Shown one piece after another: positions 25,755 to 38,500 of a stretch of DNA of 64,000 bases (position 1 is its first letter; each line of letters opens with the position of its first letter). Position numbers and translations under genes: made by a program. The notes under the pieces are model-generated. The model saw only the letters and a program-made list of their open reading frames with translations, searched no databases and was not told the DNA's origin. Origin of the DNA: Squalus acanthias (lineage: Eukaryota); NCBI GenBank assembly GCA_030390025.1, contig CM059433.1, positions 12,712,001 through 12,776,000 on the forward strand, written 5' to 3'.

Positions 25755-26508
25755 GGACCTGGAGTTTCCGCTCGGTTGCGCTGGGTTTTGTTTGAGCGCA
25801 TTTCGCCTGAAATCGGCCAAACCAGTGCAAAGGATCGAGGAATTTCAAGTGCAAATTACGTCCAGCCCAAATCGAGTTTCCGCGATTTTTTGCGCCAGTT
25901 TAAAAAAACATCGTGCTGGAAGCTGCCACAAAACTGGCCCCCACCGCCCCCCCGCCCCAGATTGAATCAGTCACCATGGCGAGTTTCCGCTAATTGGGCC
26001 CGTTTGCAGGTCTTTGAGGAGGCTCTTAAAATTAAGCTTTTTTTTTCAGGCTCAAGGACACTCATCGGCACCTTTTAAAAGCTTTTAAATGTTTATTTTT
26101 TTTAATTTACTGAGAAACTGACTACTGTACACCAATATAACTAGTAAATGGTTCTGTATAGTTTTTCTTAAAGTCATTTTCAGTTATTTAAAAGCGGGTT
26201 GCTCACAGTTGGTGGACTAAACAATATGATTAAAAATGCTTATTTTTTGTGATGAACCCATTTTCGGCTGTATTGATAAAACTGTAGCAGGTTACCGCTC
26301 TTAAATATATCGACAAATATTTTATAATACAAATTTTTTTTTTTAAACTACCTTCTAAAACGCTGCCCGATCACGCTGATTCATGGAAGATTTTACGTTC
26401 CGCGATATGCAGATGAGTTTAAGCGGAAAAAAAAACCCATTTCTTAAAACTAGCGCAATTTTGCGCGCAACCTGTGGCCGATTGCGGCCAAAGTAGAAAC
26501 TCTTGGCC
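25755..26508. mobile_element. Harbinger-type MITE
   Basis: Imperfect termini GGACCTGGAGTTTC / GAAACTCTTGGCC; CpG-rich ends, AT-rich core. Confidence 0.55.
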
Positions 26509-29020
26509 TAGAAATCTACTCAATGACGTCCGATTTCAATATCAGCTACTGTTTATTTTGACTGTTGCAGTGAATAGGATCTCCAAAGCTCTGATTTGTA
26601 CAATGAACAGTTTTGTAAGTGGCGCTGTATTATATGCAAACAAGAACATGTATTACCATTGACAATGAAACTACATGAAAGTAAATGGAAGACGACAGTT
26701 TAAGATATCTCTCAAAACAGTCAAGTTCAAGATCAGTGACCATTGCAGGTAACAGTTCAAAATTTTAATTAACAGAAGATCATCCAACTAACAGCCAGCC
26801 ACAATAGATATAGTTCAGTATTCTACAAATGCATTACTCAGTTGATCATATTATGTTCTTGAGCAGCCTATTGGTATTGTGGTAATATGAGAACAAACAT
26901 AAATATATTTGTATCCTTATATTTCATTGGCTAGGTCATATAAATATGCTTTGAAAAATAAGCTGGGGTCATCCACTATGATGGCACATCACTATGCAAG
27001 ACAACCAATTGTTTGTTATATGTACATATTTGATCAAATATTTCAGTAATCAAGAGAATATTTGATAAAAATAATTTGATGCATATCATTTGAAACATAA
27101 CTTCAGTGACTAAATACTCTAGTCACGCCACATGTTGCATTTTACTTACAACGTTGTTTAGGTGATGTTATTTTCCTTCCACGTTCCCTCTCTTATTCTT
27201 TTCCCTTTCTTAGCAACTTCCAATCATGCTAGATTTCTCTCCATAAGGGCAGGTGAATGTGCCAGTGACTGCTCCGCAACTTCTGCATTGTGGCTTGACT
27301 GTCGTGGGGCACCATTGATGGAGGATGGTCTGTCAGTTTTCCTAAGGCAGAGTTTCCCTTTCTCCTTCTCCAAACCTCAGTTCAACTAAAAACTCATTGG
27401 GGGGAGGAGGGAGGGGGAGGGGGCATTTTGACTTTGTGCAATAGTTTTAAAACGGGCAATAGCGAATCAGCAGCCTGTTTTCCATCTCTCCCGATTTTGA
27501 TTTTTATTGAAATCGATGGAAATAAAAATTGGGAGAGATGTAAAAGAGGCTGCCAATTCGTTATCGCCCGTTTCGCACTATCGCACAATGTCAAAATTAG
27601 TCCCATTTGAACGCATGGCAGCTATTATTAGTTCATGTGTTAGAGGATCAGCCACCACTGGAATTCAAACTTGTGGTCACTGAGGTGTGACGGAAGCAGT
27701 TCCAATGATGTCAGGTTGGTGAGATTAAGTTGGGCAGTATTGCGAGGGTCTCACGGCTGGAGAGAGTGGGAAGGCCGGAGCAGCAGAGACAAGGACTTTC
27801 CTTATGGGGACTGGAGGGGCACTCGTTCCTCTGAGCTCCACTTAAGGAAAGTGTTTTTAACTTAACTAAGAGAGCCTTGCTGGCTTCCCGACATCCATCT
27901 TGCAATGTTCTAAGATCACTTTTTTTTTTGTTTCAGGAGTGGGTTAAAATTCTTAATGGGACTAACATGAGACCCCAATTTGCATTTGTCAATGAGGCTC
28001 CTTCTGAAGTCCGACAGGCCACCACCAAACCCAACGGCGTTAAAATCACAGATCAGCAGGAACAGAGCAAGAAATGGAACCACTCCATTTTAACTGCTCA
28101 CCTGCTCCATTCCTGCCAATTGGGAAGAATTAAAATCATCTCTTAGATTTATTTATGGTAGCAAATACAGAACTTCTTTTCAGAATCACGACAATGTTCC
28201 AAATCAGTTGAAAATCCCACTTCATCCCATTTTGCTGGAACGTTTTACCTGGAGCGTGCTCACCGTTGATGCTACTGGTTAACACGAGAAGTGGAGCTGA
28301 ATGTAAGCTTCACTCATATTTTGACAAGTGCCTCTTAAAAGTGTTAACAACTAATCTAAATGAAAATTATGAAAAATAACAGCAGTTTCAAAACTTTTTT
28401 TTTAGGTAAACATTTAGGTCAATACTGTTCCAACACTTGAATTGAAAGATGGGCCTCTGTGGGGCAATAGAGCTTTTTAATCCTCAAAATAAGTTGCATT
28501 TACAGACACTTTAACGTACTGGTGTAAATGAAATATAAATGAAAAGTCCGTAGAACTGTCTTACATTCCAAGCTGGCAAAATACCACTTTGTAAAATGTA
28601 AGTAGGAAGCAAATACATTTTTTTAGAACCTGCTGATATACACAGGGACTAGGTTGAGACTATACTTGTTTAGTGAGAGGCAGGTGTGCATGCACAGAAT
28701 TTCACTCTCCTTGCTGACTATATTTAATGTTAACAAAGCTAATGAGATAGTTGGCTCTCTGTTAATGTTAAAGAAATTAAAAGGAAGTTCAAAATGTTCC
28801 CAAGCAGCTCAGTGATCATCTCGGAACTTTTTAACTTTTGCACTGGACCCTCAAAGAGAGAGCTTCTGACTGTTTTGTTAAATCCTTGGCCTGGTGGCGT
28901 TGACTGTCGTATCATATGTAATTTGTTTGTCTACAGCAAATAATATTGCTGTTCTAAATATAACTTGTTACTGTAGGAATTCTTCCTATTGTACTAATGT
29001 TTCTGTTTCCCTTGTCCTAG

Positions 29021-29319
29021 TGTTTATGGATGTCCATTGGCAAAAAAGCGGAAAATACAGGATAAGCAACCAAGTGAACCAGCTCCTAAGAGAAAACAGT
29101 TTCTAGTGAGAGCAGACAACTCTTCTGTAGATGAGTGCTATGAGACTGATGGTACAGAGGAGCTGGATGAGAAAGATGAGGAATACTCTGATGAAAACGA
29201 TGATCAGGAGGAAGATGAAGAGGAGGAAGAGGATGTGGAAGCAGAGGAGGAAGACGAGGATGAATTAGAAGAGGAAGATGAGGAGGATGAAGAGTATGAA
29301 GATCAGAGTAATGAACAAG
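29021..29319 (+). CDS. MYT1L: MYT1L internal coding exon: end of first C2HC zinc finger plus acidic region
   Basis: TACTAAT branch point, pyrimidine tract and cctag acceptor; donor AAG|GTACGA. Encodes (S)[39 protein letters not shown]...Glu/Asp-rich tract, matching vertebrate MYT1L. Phase 2 in, phase 1 out. Confidence 0.96.
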
Positions 29320-30449
29320 GTACGAATTACATTGCAGTTAAACAGATTGAAACAACTATTGAACACTGCTCAGTGTTCAAGTGTCAAAGCAAAGATTTTC
29401 CCAGTTTGGATTCAGCTGTCTTCATTTTTAGTTTGCATTAATTGAAGATTAGTAGAGACCAAGTATGAAGCTTGACTTTATTTTCAACATTTGTATAAAT
29501 TTGCTGATCTCATATTCCCTGTGGTGAGCTGTGTTCGCAAGAAGCTTGGTTTGGTGAAAAGGACACAACACTGTAGCCCAGATTCATTGCGATTGAGGAA
29601 ATGACCCTCTTATTATTAAATGTGTTGTGAATCAGCATAAACTTGTTTTTAACACATGTGATGCATTTCATTAACTGATCATGAGGCCTCATAAAAGCCT
29701 CCGCCTATTCCTACATGCCAATCATGATGGGACTTTATTTTATCTTTATTCCATGACAAGCCAATTAGTTCAAAACTTTGTCACCCAAGTGACTTTGTTA
29801 AACCTGTGAATATTCACTTGGAAACAGTAGTAATTACTGTATTTTTTGGTAACCAAGAAACTATTCATGTGTTAATACTACAATTCTGACAGTAACCATG
29901 TCAGCTCAAAGAGGTTTTTATTTTAATTATACAATAATTATAAACCGTACTGCTAATGCATATGAATTAGTTTTGATTTTCCGCACCCAGATGGTTGTTT
30001 AGGGCATTATTTCCTTTTATAAAAAGGAGAATAAAAATATTGTTCCTAATTAATGATAACTGTATTAACTTGCTGTAAAACCAGTATGCCATTTTAATTT
30101 TCAGACTAAAGTTACATCAGTCCATGAGTTAGGTTTCAGTATTGTGAGTCAGAATAAATTTACTTTTAACCAGCATGATGACTTCCCATGACTTGATCAT
30201 GGAGGCTTTGTAAAGACACCAGTTGTTACTACATGCCAATCATTGTGGCACCCCTCTTTTATCATTGTTCATCACAGGTCAATAGGCCTGATACTAAATT
30301 GTAGGCTGTATCGGTGATTCTATTATTAATATTCAATTACCTAGAAGACATTGTTTATACTATGCATGCATTTGTTAATAATCATGCTGAATGTTGTTTG
30401 ATATGAGATGCATACATTTAAAATATAAACCAAGGCATTCCTGAAGACT

Positions 30450-30742
30450 CAGCGGATAAATGTGCCATGCGATATGGTACTGAGCCGTACGTGAAGATAC
30501 CAGGTTTTATCCCTGGGCTTTGTTGGGTTAGATGATCTCAGCCAGGGCAGCAGTGGCCACAATAATTGGCCTCAATGTTTCTTAGCTATGACAGAAGAAC
30601 AAAGGAATCACCCAGAAAAAAAAAATCAGAGTTTCCACTCTTGCTGGTTGCTGTTGGATCGTGTGCAGAGTTTGGAGGTTCACTGAGGACAAAATTGGGT
30701 GATGATGCCCCCCTCATCGTAAAATAGCTTGCTGACATTCAG
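30450..30742 (+). mobile_element. Old tRNA-derived SINE remnant
   Basis: ctcagcgg...actgagccgtac...ccaggttttatccctgg...gatctcagccaggg; related fragment at about 56470-56550. Confidence 0.45.
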
Positions 30743-31114
30743 GCTGTGAAATTCTGTGGAGGTTCTCCTGGTGGAACCCCTGGCGAAATAGTATAAAGGG
30801 CCATTTTCAGCGTTTACGTCGTTTCTTTGGGGGTTCATCTGGTCTCCTGCCAAAGTGATGGTAGGAGATTTGAAGACCCCCCATGGAATTCTAGGGCCTC
30901 GCTGTCTATGCATGGAAAATGGTCATATGAGCAAGACACTAGAGCTGTGCCAGTGCCTGTGGAACCATACTGCCACTTGAGTCACTGCCTTTAGGCGAAT
31001 AGGGGAAAAATTGGCGGGGGGGAAAGATTTAATGGCAATAAACCATACCCATTGAATAATTTCATCTATAGGTGAAAAACAATAATTAAGCTTTGCTTTC
31101 TTGTTTTCCATTAG

Positions 31115-32092
31115 AAGACCTTCAAGAAGAATCTGATATTATCAGGAGAAACCAGGACATTGAGAAAGATGATAACAACAATGATGAATATGACAATTAT
31201 GATGAGCTTGTTGCAAAATCATTATTAAACCTGGGCAAAATAGCTGAAGATGCAGCATTTAGGGCTATGACAGAGTCTGAAATGAGTGACAGCACGGCGC
31301 GTGGCCTGGAGGATGATAGTGACACTAACGGGAGCAGGGGTAGAAAAACAAATAAAAGTGACTCCTGCCAGCTGAGTTTGGATGTTGACAGTGATGTTGT
31401 TAGGGAAACAGTGGATTCCCTTAAACTACTGGCACAAGGACATGGTGTGGTACTTTCAGACAATGCAAGTGTTAGGGGTCGCATAGATGGTTTAATACAG
31501 AATGAAATTAGAAATGTGAACTTAGGATCATGCAAGTCCACCAATGATGGTATGGAAAAGACTGTTGATGAAAGTGATGAGGCTGTTTGCCTGAGCAGTC
31601 TTGAGTGCCTGAGGAACCAATGTTTTGACTTGGCTAGGAAGCTAAGTGAGAGTCAGCATGAGGAAAGAAACCAACAACATCATTTTAGTGATTGTCAACA
31701 GAACAGACCTGATGATGACATCACAAGAAGGATGTCAGATCGGAACTATTCAGATATGGTTAACCTGATGAAGCTTGAAGAACAGCTTAGTCCTCGCTCT
31801 AGAGCTTTTTCTTCTGGTGTTAAGGAAGAAGAATCACATGACAGAGATGATGACACTGGCTCAGTCAAATCTGAACGGTCTGAGGAGGTGTTTGATATGA
31901 CCAAGGGGAACTTGACTCTCTTAGAAAAGGCCATTGCTCTGGAAACAGAGAGGGCTAAGGCGATGAGAGAAAAAATGGCTCTGGAAGCTGCAAAGAGAGA
32001 CACGTCAGATCAAATTCCAAGGCATCATGTCGGAGATGAGAAGAAGTCTAGATCCTCTGATGGTCATGTTAAAAAGCCATACTACCCTAAAG
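31115..32092 (+). CDS. MYT1L: MYT1L large internal coding exon (978 nt)
   Basis: Acceptor ttccattag, donor AAAG|GTACAA; lies in ORF 31093-32115. Encodes [32 protein letters not shown]...[21 protein letters not shown]...[29 protein letters not shown]...HVKKPYY, diagnostic MYT1L motifs. Confidence 0.97.
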
Positions 32093-32435
32093 GTACAACT
32101 TCTGTCTGTTTCTAGAATATAAAATAATCATCTGTTGAGAGCTATTGATTCAGCTACCTTGTCTTTAAAACCAAAGTTGCCAGATAACAATTGAACAGTA
32201 TCAGAATGACCGCTAACAAAAGAAAGGGGCATTGACTACACATTAATTATGTTAAGATTGTGAGTCAATGGAAACCATTTACCATGCAAGGTAAAAACTG
32301 GTCCAGGGCTAGATCAATAGCTATTTATCTTTAAGTCAAATCCCACTTCACTTGATTTCATCCTTTTGCAAATTGTGGCCAGGTATTATATACCATGAGG
32401 ACATACTATACAAAAAGGTGAAGACAAAACATTTA

Positions 32436-32603
32436 GGGGGTGAATTTCCACAGGGATTCTCCTGCTCATCTGCCATAATTTTGGCAGAAGAGCAGCAGAA
32501 ACCCCAGAAAAACGGCATAAATGTGTGGACCCACCGTTTTTCCGCGGTACTTCTGCCGAAGTTACGGCAGATGAGCGGGAGAACCTCAGCAGAAATTCAA
32601 CCT
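32436..32603. mobile_element. About 165-bp fold-back Harbinger-type MITE
   Basis: GGGGGTGAATTT terminus; arms ttctcctgctcatctgccataattttggcagaag / cttctgccgaagttacggcagatgagcgggagaa. Relatives at about 15962-16095, 47710-47870 and 56720-56868. Confidence 0.75.
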
Positions 32604-33730
32604 TTAGTATCAACATTTACGAACTGCGCACAGAAATTCTTTGCAGCTGAGTAACTATTTTACTACTGTGGTCTTAGTACAATAACTTCACGTTAATATT
32701 GTTTTGTGATTTTTTTTTGCACATAATCAGATATAAAAATTATTTGCATTCTTATTCCAGTATTTGCTTGCCAATTAACTGGTCTCTTGGGATGAACCTA
32801 CATGACACAGTCATACAGTAACTTATTTAAGATGTCACAAATGTAGCATAATTTGCCTACGATGTACCCAGCTATAGAATGTCTAACGGAATTGTATGAT
32901 GTTAGTTGGACTTGATTTCATGAGTACTTATTGTGTAGAGTCACCCAGAATAAGAATCAATGGGTTTATTGATTCTTTGACTTTAAACCAAAATGGTGTG
33001 TTCATATATGGTTTTGGTGCTTTGGACCTTAGACTGTCAGCAGGTCTGAACAAGTTTCAGCTTCCCTGGTCTGGTCAATTTTCAATGCATTTCAGCCTTC
33101 ATGACGATGCTGAAACAAAGCCAAATATTACATTATTAAGTTATTCAAATGTAAGGAATAATTTTATGACTATAATAACTCTGTAGAATTAAAATTACTT
33201 CTGCTTGCCCATGTTCTCTTTTCCTCCATTCTGTCTTATCTCTCCTCTCTTCCACTTTTACTAACTATTAATTCCATTCTACCTTTTTAAAAAATATATT
33301 TTGGTTACATTTGCTTTGTTTTCTGTGCCTCCAAAGGTCCCATCGTCCATTTTGGAGATGAGTACAACTTTGGACAGTTTGCCCTCTAATTGGCTGAAAA
33401 TCAGTTACAGGGGATAATTTTCAGCCAATCGAAAGTATCAAATAGACAGCTGTTGCTACAGGATAATTCATCTTGTCCAGGGCTGGGGCAGTGCAATTGA
33501 AAAGAAAGAAAGAACTTGTACATATATAGTGCCTTTCACAACCTCGGGTAGTCCCAAAGCGCTTTCCAGCCAATGAATTGTTCCTAGACAATATAACATA
33601 TCCAAAGCACAGGAGGCGTTAATGTAATGGAATTGATAGAAGCAACAAGCTAAGCGAGACAAACGCTAAAAAAGTTTTTAAACAGTTAAAATATGTATCA
33701 ACACTGGCAAAGAAGTGAAATACGAAGCAT

Positions 33731-34063
33731 ACAAAAGCAAAATATTGCGGATGCTGGAAATTTGAAATAAAAACAGAAAATGCTGGAAATACTCAGCAGG
33801 TCAGGCAGCATCTGTAGAGAGAGAAACAGAGTTAACGTTTCAGGTCGATGACCCGTCATCAGAACTGGAAAAAAATTGGAGATGGAACAGGTTTTTAAGC
33901 AAGTGTAGGGGCAGGGAGAGGGGGGAGGGGAGGAAAGAACAAAAGGGAAGGTCTGTGATAGGCTGGAAGGCAGGAGTGGTTAAGAGACAAAAAGGGATGA
34001 TGGTGCGAGGCAAAAGGAGATGGTAATGGGACAAGAAACAAAAGATGACTCGAGATGAAGTGT
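33731..34063 (-). mobile_element. PLE 3' pLTR fragment with 13-bp TSD
   Basis: TSD aaatacgaagcat (33718-33730) / aaatatgaagcat (34064-34076); close match to 233-530. Confidence 0.85.
33830..33866 (-). ncRNA. Minimal type I hammerhead ribozyme motif (PLE family 1)
   Basis: Minus: AGTT-CTGATGA-c-GGGTC atc GACCT-GAAAC-GTT-AACT; intact core, stem I AGTT/AACT, palindromic AACGTT in place of helix III. Confidence 0.75.
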
Positions 34064-34407
34064 AAATATGAAGCATGTTCCACTTCAAAATTTTTATTTC
34101 TAATTTGTTTCTAATCTTCTAGTCATTTTTTGAAATCTCAATTCGTATTTTTGTAAAACAAACAAAAAAACCTGTTAAAAATATATATATAAACATCCAT
34201 GAGTATTATAAGGCAGTTTTTCAAAAGAATACTGTAGATAAATTACAATCATAGAAAATACGGGTAAGTGATCCATTACCCATATGGAAGTTAGTGAAGC
34301 ATGTGTTACGCAGAAACTGCAAGGATAATATATCCGGAAGACTCCTGGGTAATAGGGGACATGTCCTGGAAGCCACAAAGAATGAAAGGAGAAAATTCAC
34401 AGGATTT

Positions 34408-37400
34408 GAGCGTAGATTTTCTGCTCGGGTGAAATTGAAAGTGGAAGTCGGGCAATGTGTGATTTGCACTCACCTGATGTGAAGTGGGTTAACCCATCAC
34501 AGTTTCAAGGTCAGCCTAATTAAAATAATAGCAGTGAGCTTCAGGCCTCAAGAACACTACTGATTAGTAACACACTTGTTGTGGGGGGGGGGGGGGCGGC
34601 GCGGCGCGGGTGTGGGGGGGCCTGCAGCAGCTTATAGAGGCAGTCATCCAACAACAAAAAAATAGCTGGAGAGCACATCAGCAAGGTTGCTGGCAAAGTA
34701 ATGTCTGTCAGGACTGCAGGAGGGCAGAAAGCCTCTAGGTTCACTGAGGAATCTGGAAATGCTGCTGGATGAAGTCATGCAGCGGAAGGAGGCACTGTTT
34801 GGAACAGTGATACAGGCCCTCTAGGCGCATGGCTCAGAGGCAGTTGGAAGAGAGTGAGTGCCAAAGCTAACACCCCATGCATGGCAACTCAGTGCAGGAA
34901 AAAGTTTGACAACCTTACCAGGTCAAGCAAGGTAGGAGGATCAATCCATACCTTCTAAGATTACACTAAGTTTAAGCATATCTGCCATTCATAATGACCT
35001 CGCCTCACACTGTGTTAAAGTGCTTGAATTGCATTCCATCAGTGCTCATGCCATAGCATGGGGCCTTTTACATCCCCAGTCTTCAGTTGAAAGTATTCTT
35101 TCACTCACAGCCTTACCTGCAGTCACCATACCAAAAGCCTCACATAGAATCTAATTGTTTGGTGCAAGCACCTGTCATTACAACCACAATGGCTGCATGC
35201 TAACATTTGGATTTTACTGCATGTCATGCTAATCAAAGGTAATTCTTATCTTGTGCATTCTTTTTTAAGGAGAAGACAGTCTATAACGCCAGACAGAGAA
35301 CTGCAACAGGTGATCAACCTTAAACCTCTTCTCTCTCAGCCCCTATGATGATAAATCTCTCCAAATCCTGGGTAGTGAGGCAGTAGATGGTATCAGAGAT
35401 GGGGAAGTAGAATGGCAAGTGCCAGATGCAGGTTCATGATGACATTTTGCTTCTCTTCCTTCTCATCCTACTGCACTCTACATTACTTGTAAGAAAAATA
35501 TATCGTGAAACCCTCATGTTGTTCCTTCTACTAAAAATGACCTGTAAACTCTGCTCCTCAGCACCCATTCTAACATCTCTTCCTCTTTTCCTCCTCTAGA
35601 TGTGCCAGAATAAGCAGAACCAGTGCTGCTAGTTCTGTGGATCCAGTCCTGCTAGAACACATCATCACTCACTCTCTCCCTTGCACACATACTCCTTCAG
35701 GGAAATTAGAGAGTGATCCAGAGAGGACTGCACTGGATGATACTCAGAGCAAGAGCAGCTAGTGGTAGAACGTGAGGAGGAACATGTTAATGACTGAAGT
35801 GTTCAAGATATGTCACTCCTTGGTTGGAGAGCTTGGGGTCCTACTTGTAAAAGAAGAATGCTTGCAGACCATCAAACATCTATGCAGGAATTGGTGGCCA
35901 TGTCAAACAGTATACTGCAGTTGGATTGCATAGAGAAGTACACTAAACCGCATATGCAGTACAATGCTGGATGGCTTTGCAGCATTGCAGTCCATCCTGG
36001 ATTGTGGTAACTCCAAGGATATCTGTTGCAGAGGCCCCCAAGGCAGAGCCATGAAGGCAGTCTGTGCTTCATCTATTGATGCTGAGAATGCTGCCATAGA
36101 GAGGGCTGGATGCCAGATTGGAGAGGGCTCTCTGTGGCACCGAAAGGATTGGGGTTGTGTTGCTGACAAGCATCACACGGGCTTCACTGCTCTCATTGGT
36201 ACCATTAAGTCTGTTTTCTCTCAGGTCAATGGCCATGCAGAGATAGCGCCCGCTACCAGTGGCATGGCAGGAATGGACATGTGGTAGTACAGTCTCTCTA
36301 GATGTCTGTACTGTACATGTGTGTGCCTAAGCCAGCCCCTTCCAGTCCTTGCACATGTGGCTGAAAGGACACAGAGCCAGGCTGCCCGATGCAATAGCAC
36401 GAGACACAGCCTGCAGTAGGTCAGTCTGTGGACTTAGCTACCAGGAGACAAGGACATCTCAAGCCCAAGAGGTTCTTAATGGAACGTAGCAGCCTGCCAT
36501 CTCATGCATTCCGCTCACTCATGAAGGACCGAGGACAAGCACAAGGCTAGGCTTGAGACTTCACATGCCACACACTGGCACCAATGGGAAGTATGGTGGT
36601 AAGAAGCACCAGTACACTGTTGACCTTGCTTGCTGCCAGAAGTCCAGTGGAATGGGATTTGTGGCTACCTGCAGCAAAGAATGTTGACTCTGCCATAAAT
36701 CCTGGGGTTTGTTTAAAAAGTAATTTAAATAGTCTGGGCAGGTGGATCGCAACTGTAGGGGTGCCCCAGAGGTCCCCACCTCAAAGAAGTGACTGGAAAT
36801 TGGAGGCTCACCCTGCTGCTCCGAGTAGGGGAACCAAAGGCCTTTAAACAGCCAACAAAGACATTTAAGGAAAAAAAAATCCCTTACCATTCAAAGTTTA
36901 AAATTATGGCCACTCTTGCCTGAGCTGTTTGGGGCTCGTAGCAAGCGTGACTTCTGTTGGGCCTATCAGATTGTATTGTATAGAGCTCCTGGAATAGCAC
37001 TGGGCAGAAAGCTGGAGAATCCAGGTTCCTCTCTTATTGCTGCCCACCAACCCCACTGTGATTTCAGGGTCATTGTGTATGAAGACATTTTTTAGGGGAA
37101 AGGTTTTGAAATTGCTTTCATTATGTAGTACAAATGGGAGTTGTGTGAGCTAATGCGTACGGTGAATGGACCGTGGATAATAGCATGTTAGTGGTGGGAA
37201 GCAGGATGACGTATGCAGCACTATTAAAGATGTAGCCAGATATGGTAGTCAAGAGAAGATCTCATGTTCCATGTGCCATGAAATATGTCCTTGGGTTGTC
37301 CTCAACATCCTCTTCAATCTGCTGTTGTTTCTGCTCCTCTTCTTGAGCTCCTTGCTTCCCCTGGTGCTTTTGTCTCTTAGGGCCTCAAGAAGGAGCCCTC

Positions 37401-38500
37401 TTCGTAAGGAAAAGTTGTGCAGCTTGCAGTACACCACCACAATCCTTGGGATCCTACCTTGGCTGTATTGCAGCATGCTCCAAGATCAATCCAAGCACCT
37501 GAAGCACACCTTCAACATCTCAGTGATGTACTCAGCAATTACTCTGGTGGACAAATGGACCTACTTATAGTGTTAGCTACTTCTGTCCTAGGAAAGCATA
37601 TAGGCGTCACATGGCTGTAGAGAATAGGCTTCCAGGATCCACCCAGAGACTTGCCTTTCTGGGTTAAAGGGTATTGGCACAGCTGAGTTCTTTAAACTAA
37701 AAGAATCATAGGAGTTCCTAGGGAAACGAGCATTCACTTGCATTGTGGTTTGTTGCTGGTCACAAACAATTGAATAATTTCCGGCTAACATAACTATAGG
37801 TATTGATCAAGGGAACACGAATGGCCATGTGGATGGAATCTATGACTCCTGGGACCATGGGAAATCCTACCATTCTGCAAAAGCTACCTAATAGCTTTTT
37901 TATTGGGAGTTCCTCTCTATCTTTGCTTCTTGGAAGAAGAGGAGGATGTTACTGCTGATTAGTCATGAGATGAAATTGCTAGTACTGGAAAACAACCCGT
38001 AACTTGCTTAATACGTCTGTGCATAGCTGTTTGGCTAATGTTACAGATGTCCCAGTTGCAGCCTGGAATGACCCCATAGCATAGAAATTAAGAGTGGTCG
38101 TGACCTTCGCCATTGGTGGAGTGCTGCCTGTGGTGGAGTTGGGATTAGATCTCCTTGCAGCATGTGGCATAACACAGTGACAGCTTCTTTTGGAAAATGA
38201 AGCCTCTGCAGGCATTGCTCCTCCGTCAAAGGCAGGTAGGAGTGCTTGTGTCTGCTTTGGGGGTACCAGTGGGTCAGTGGCATGTGCCTCTGGTGTAACC
38301 TCACCAGCCTAGTATCCTTCCAATTGCTCATCCTCCTCTTCTTCCAAGAAGCAAAGATAGAGAGGAACTCCCAATCTCTGCCCGGTCAGTAATCTTGCAG
38401 AGTAGATCATCGGCCCTTTATAGAACCCACTTGATTTAATTTCATTCCCGGATTACTGCCCAGCCAGTGAAGATGTCGTCCTGTCTGAAATGCAGGTGGG
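34408..38500. mobile_element. Decayed near-full-length Harbinger transposon (Myb/SANT gene +, DDE transposase -)
   Basis: Plus 34720-34931 ..PRFTE..LLDEVMQRKEALFG..QCRKKFDNLTRSSK|gt. Minus 38350-37250 AKVTTTLNFYAMGSFQAATG, GVIDSIHMAIR, QVNARFPRNSYDSF, LQYSQGRIPRIVVVYCKLHNF (HARBI1-like), with many frameshifts. Ends approximate. Confidence 0.85.

Noticed and set aside
1..29020. Upstream MYT1L exons (MEVD... start; [20 protein letters not shown])
   Set aside because: Not found by eye; probably upstream of the window, though very short exons could have been missed. TBLASTN would settle it.
31197..32003. Antisense ORFs over the large exon
   Set aside because: Shadow ORFs of the real coding frame.
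37249..38350. Functional HARBI1-like host gene
   Set aside because: Multiple frameshifts, stops and an inserted inversion; it is a transposon fossil.
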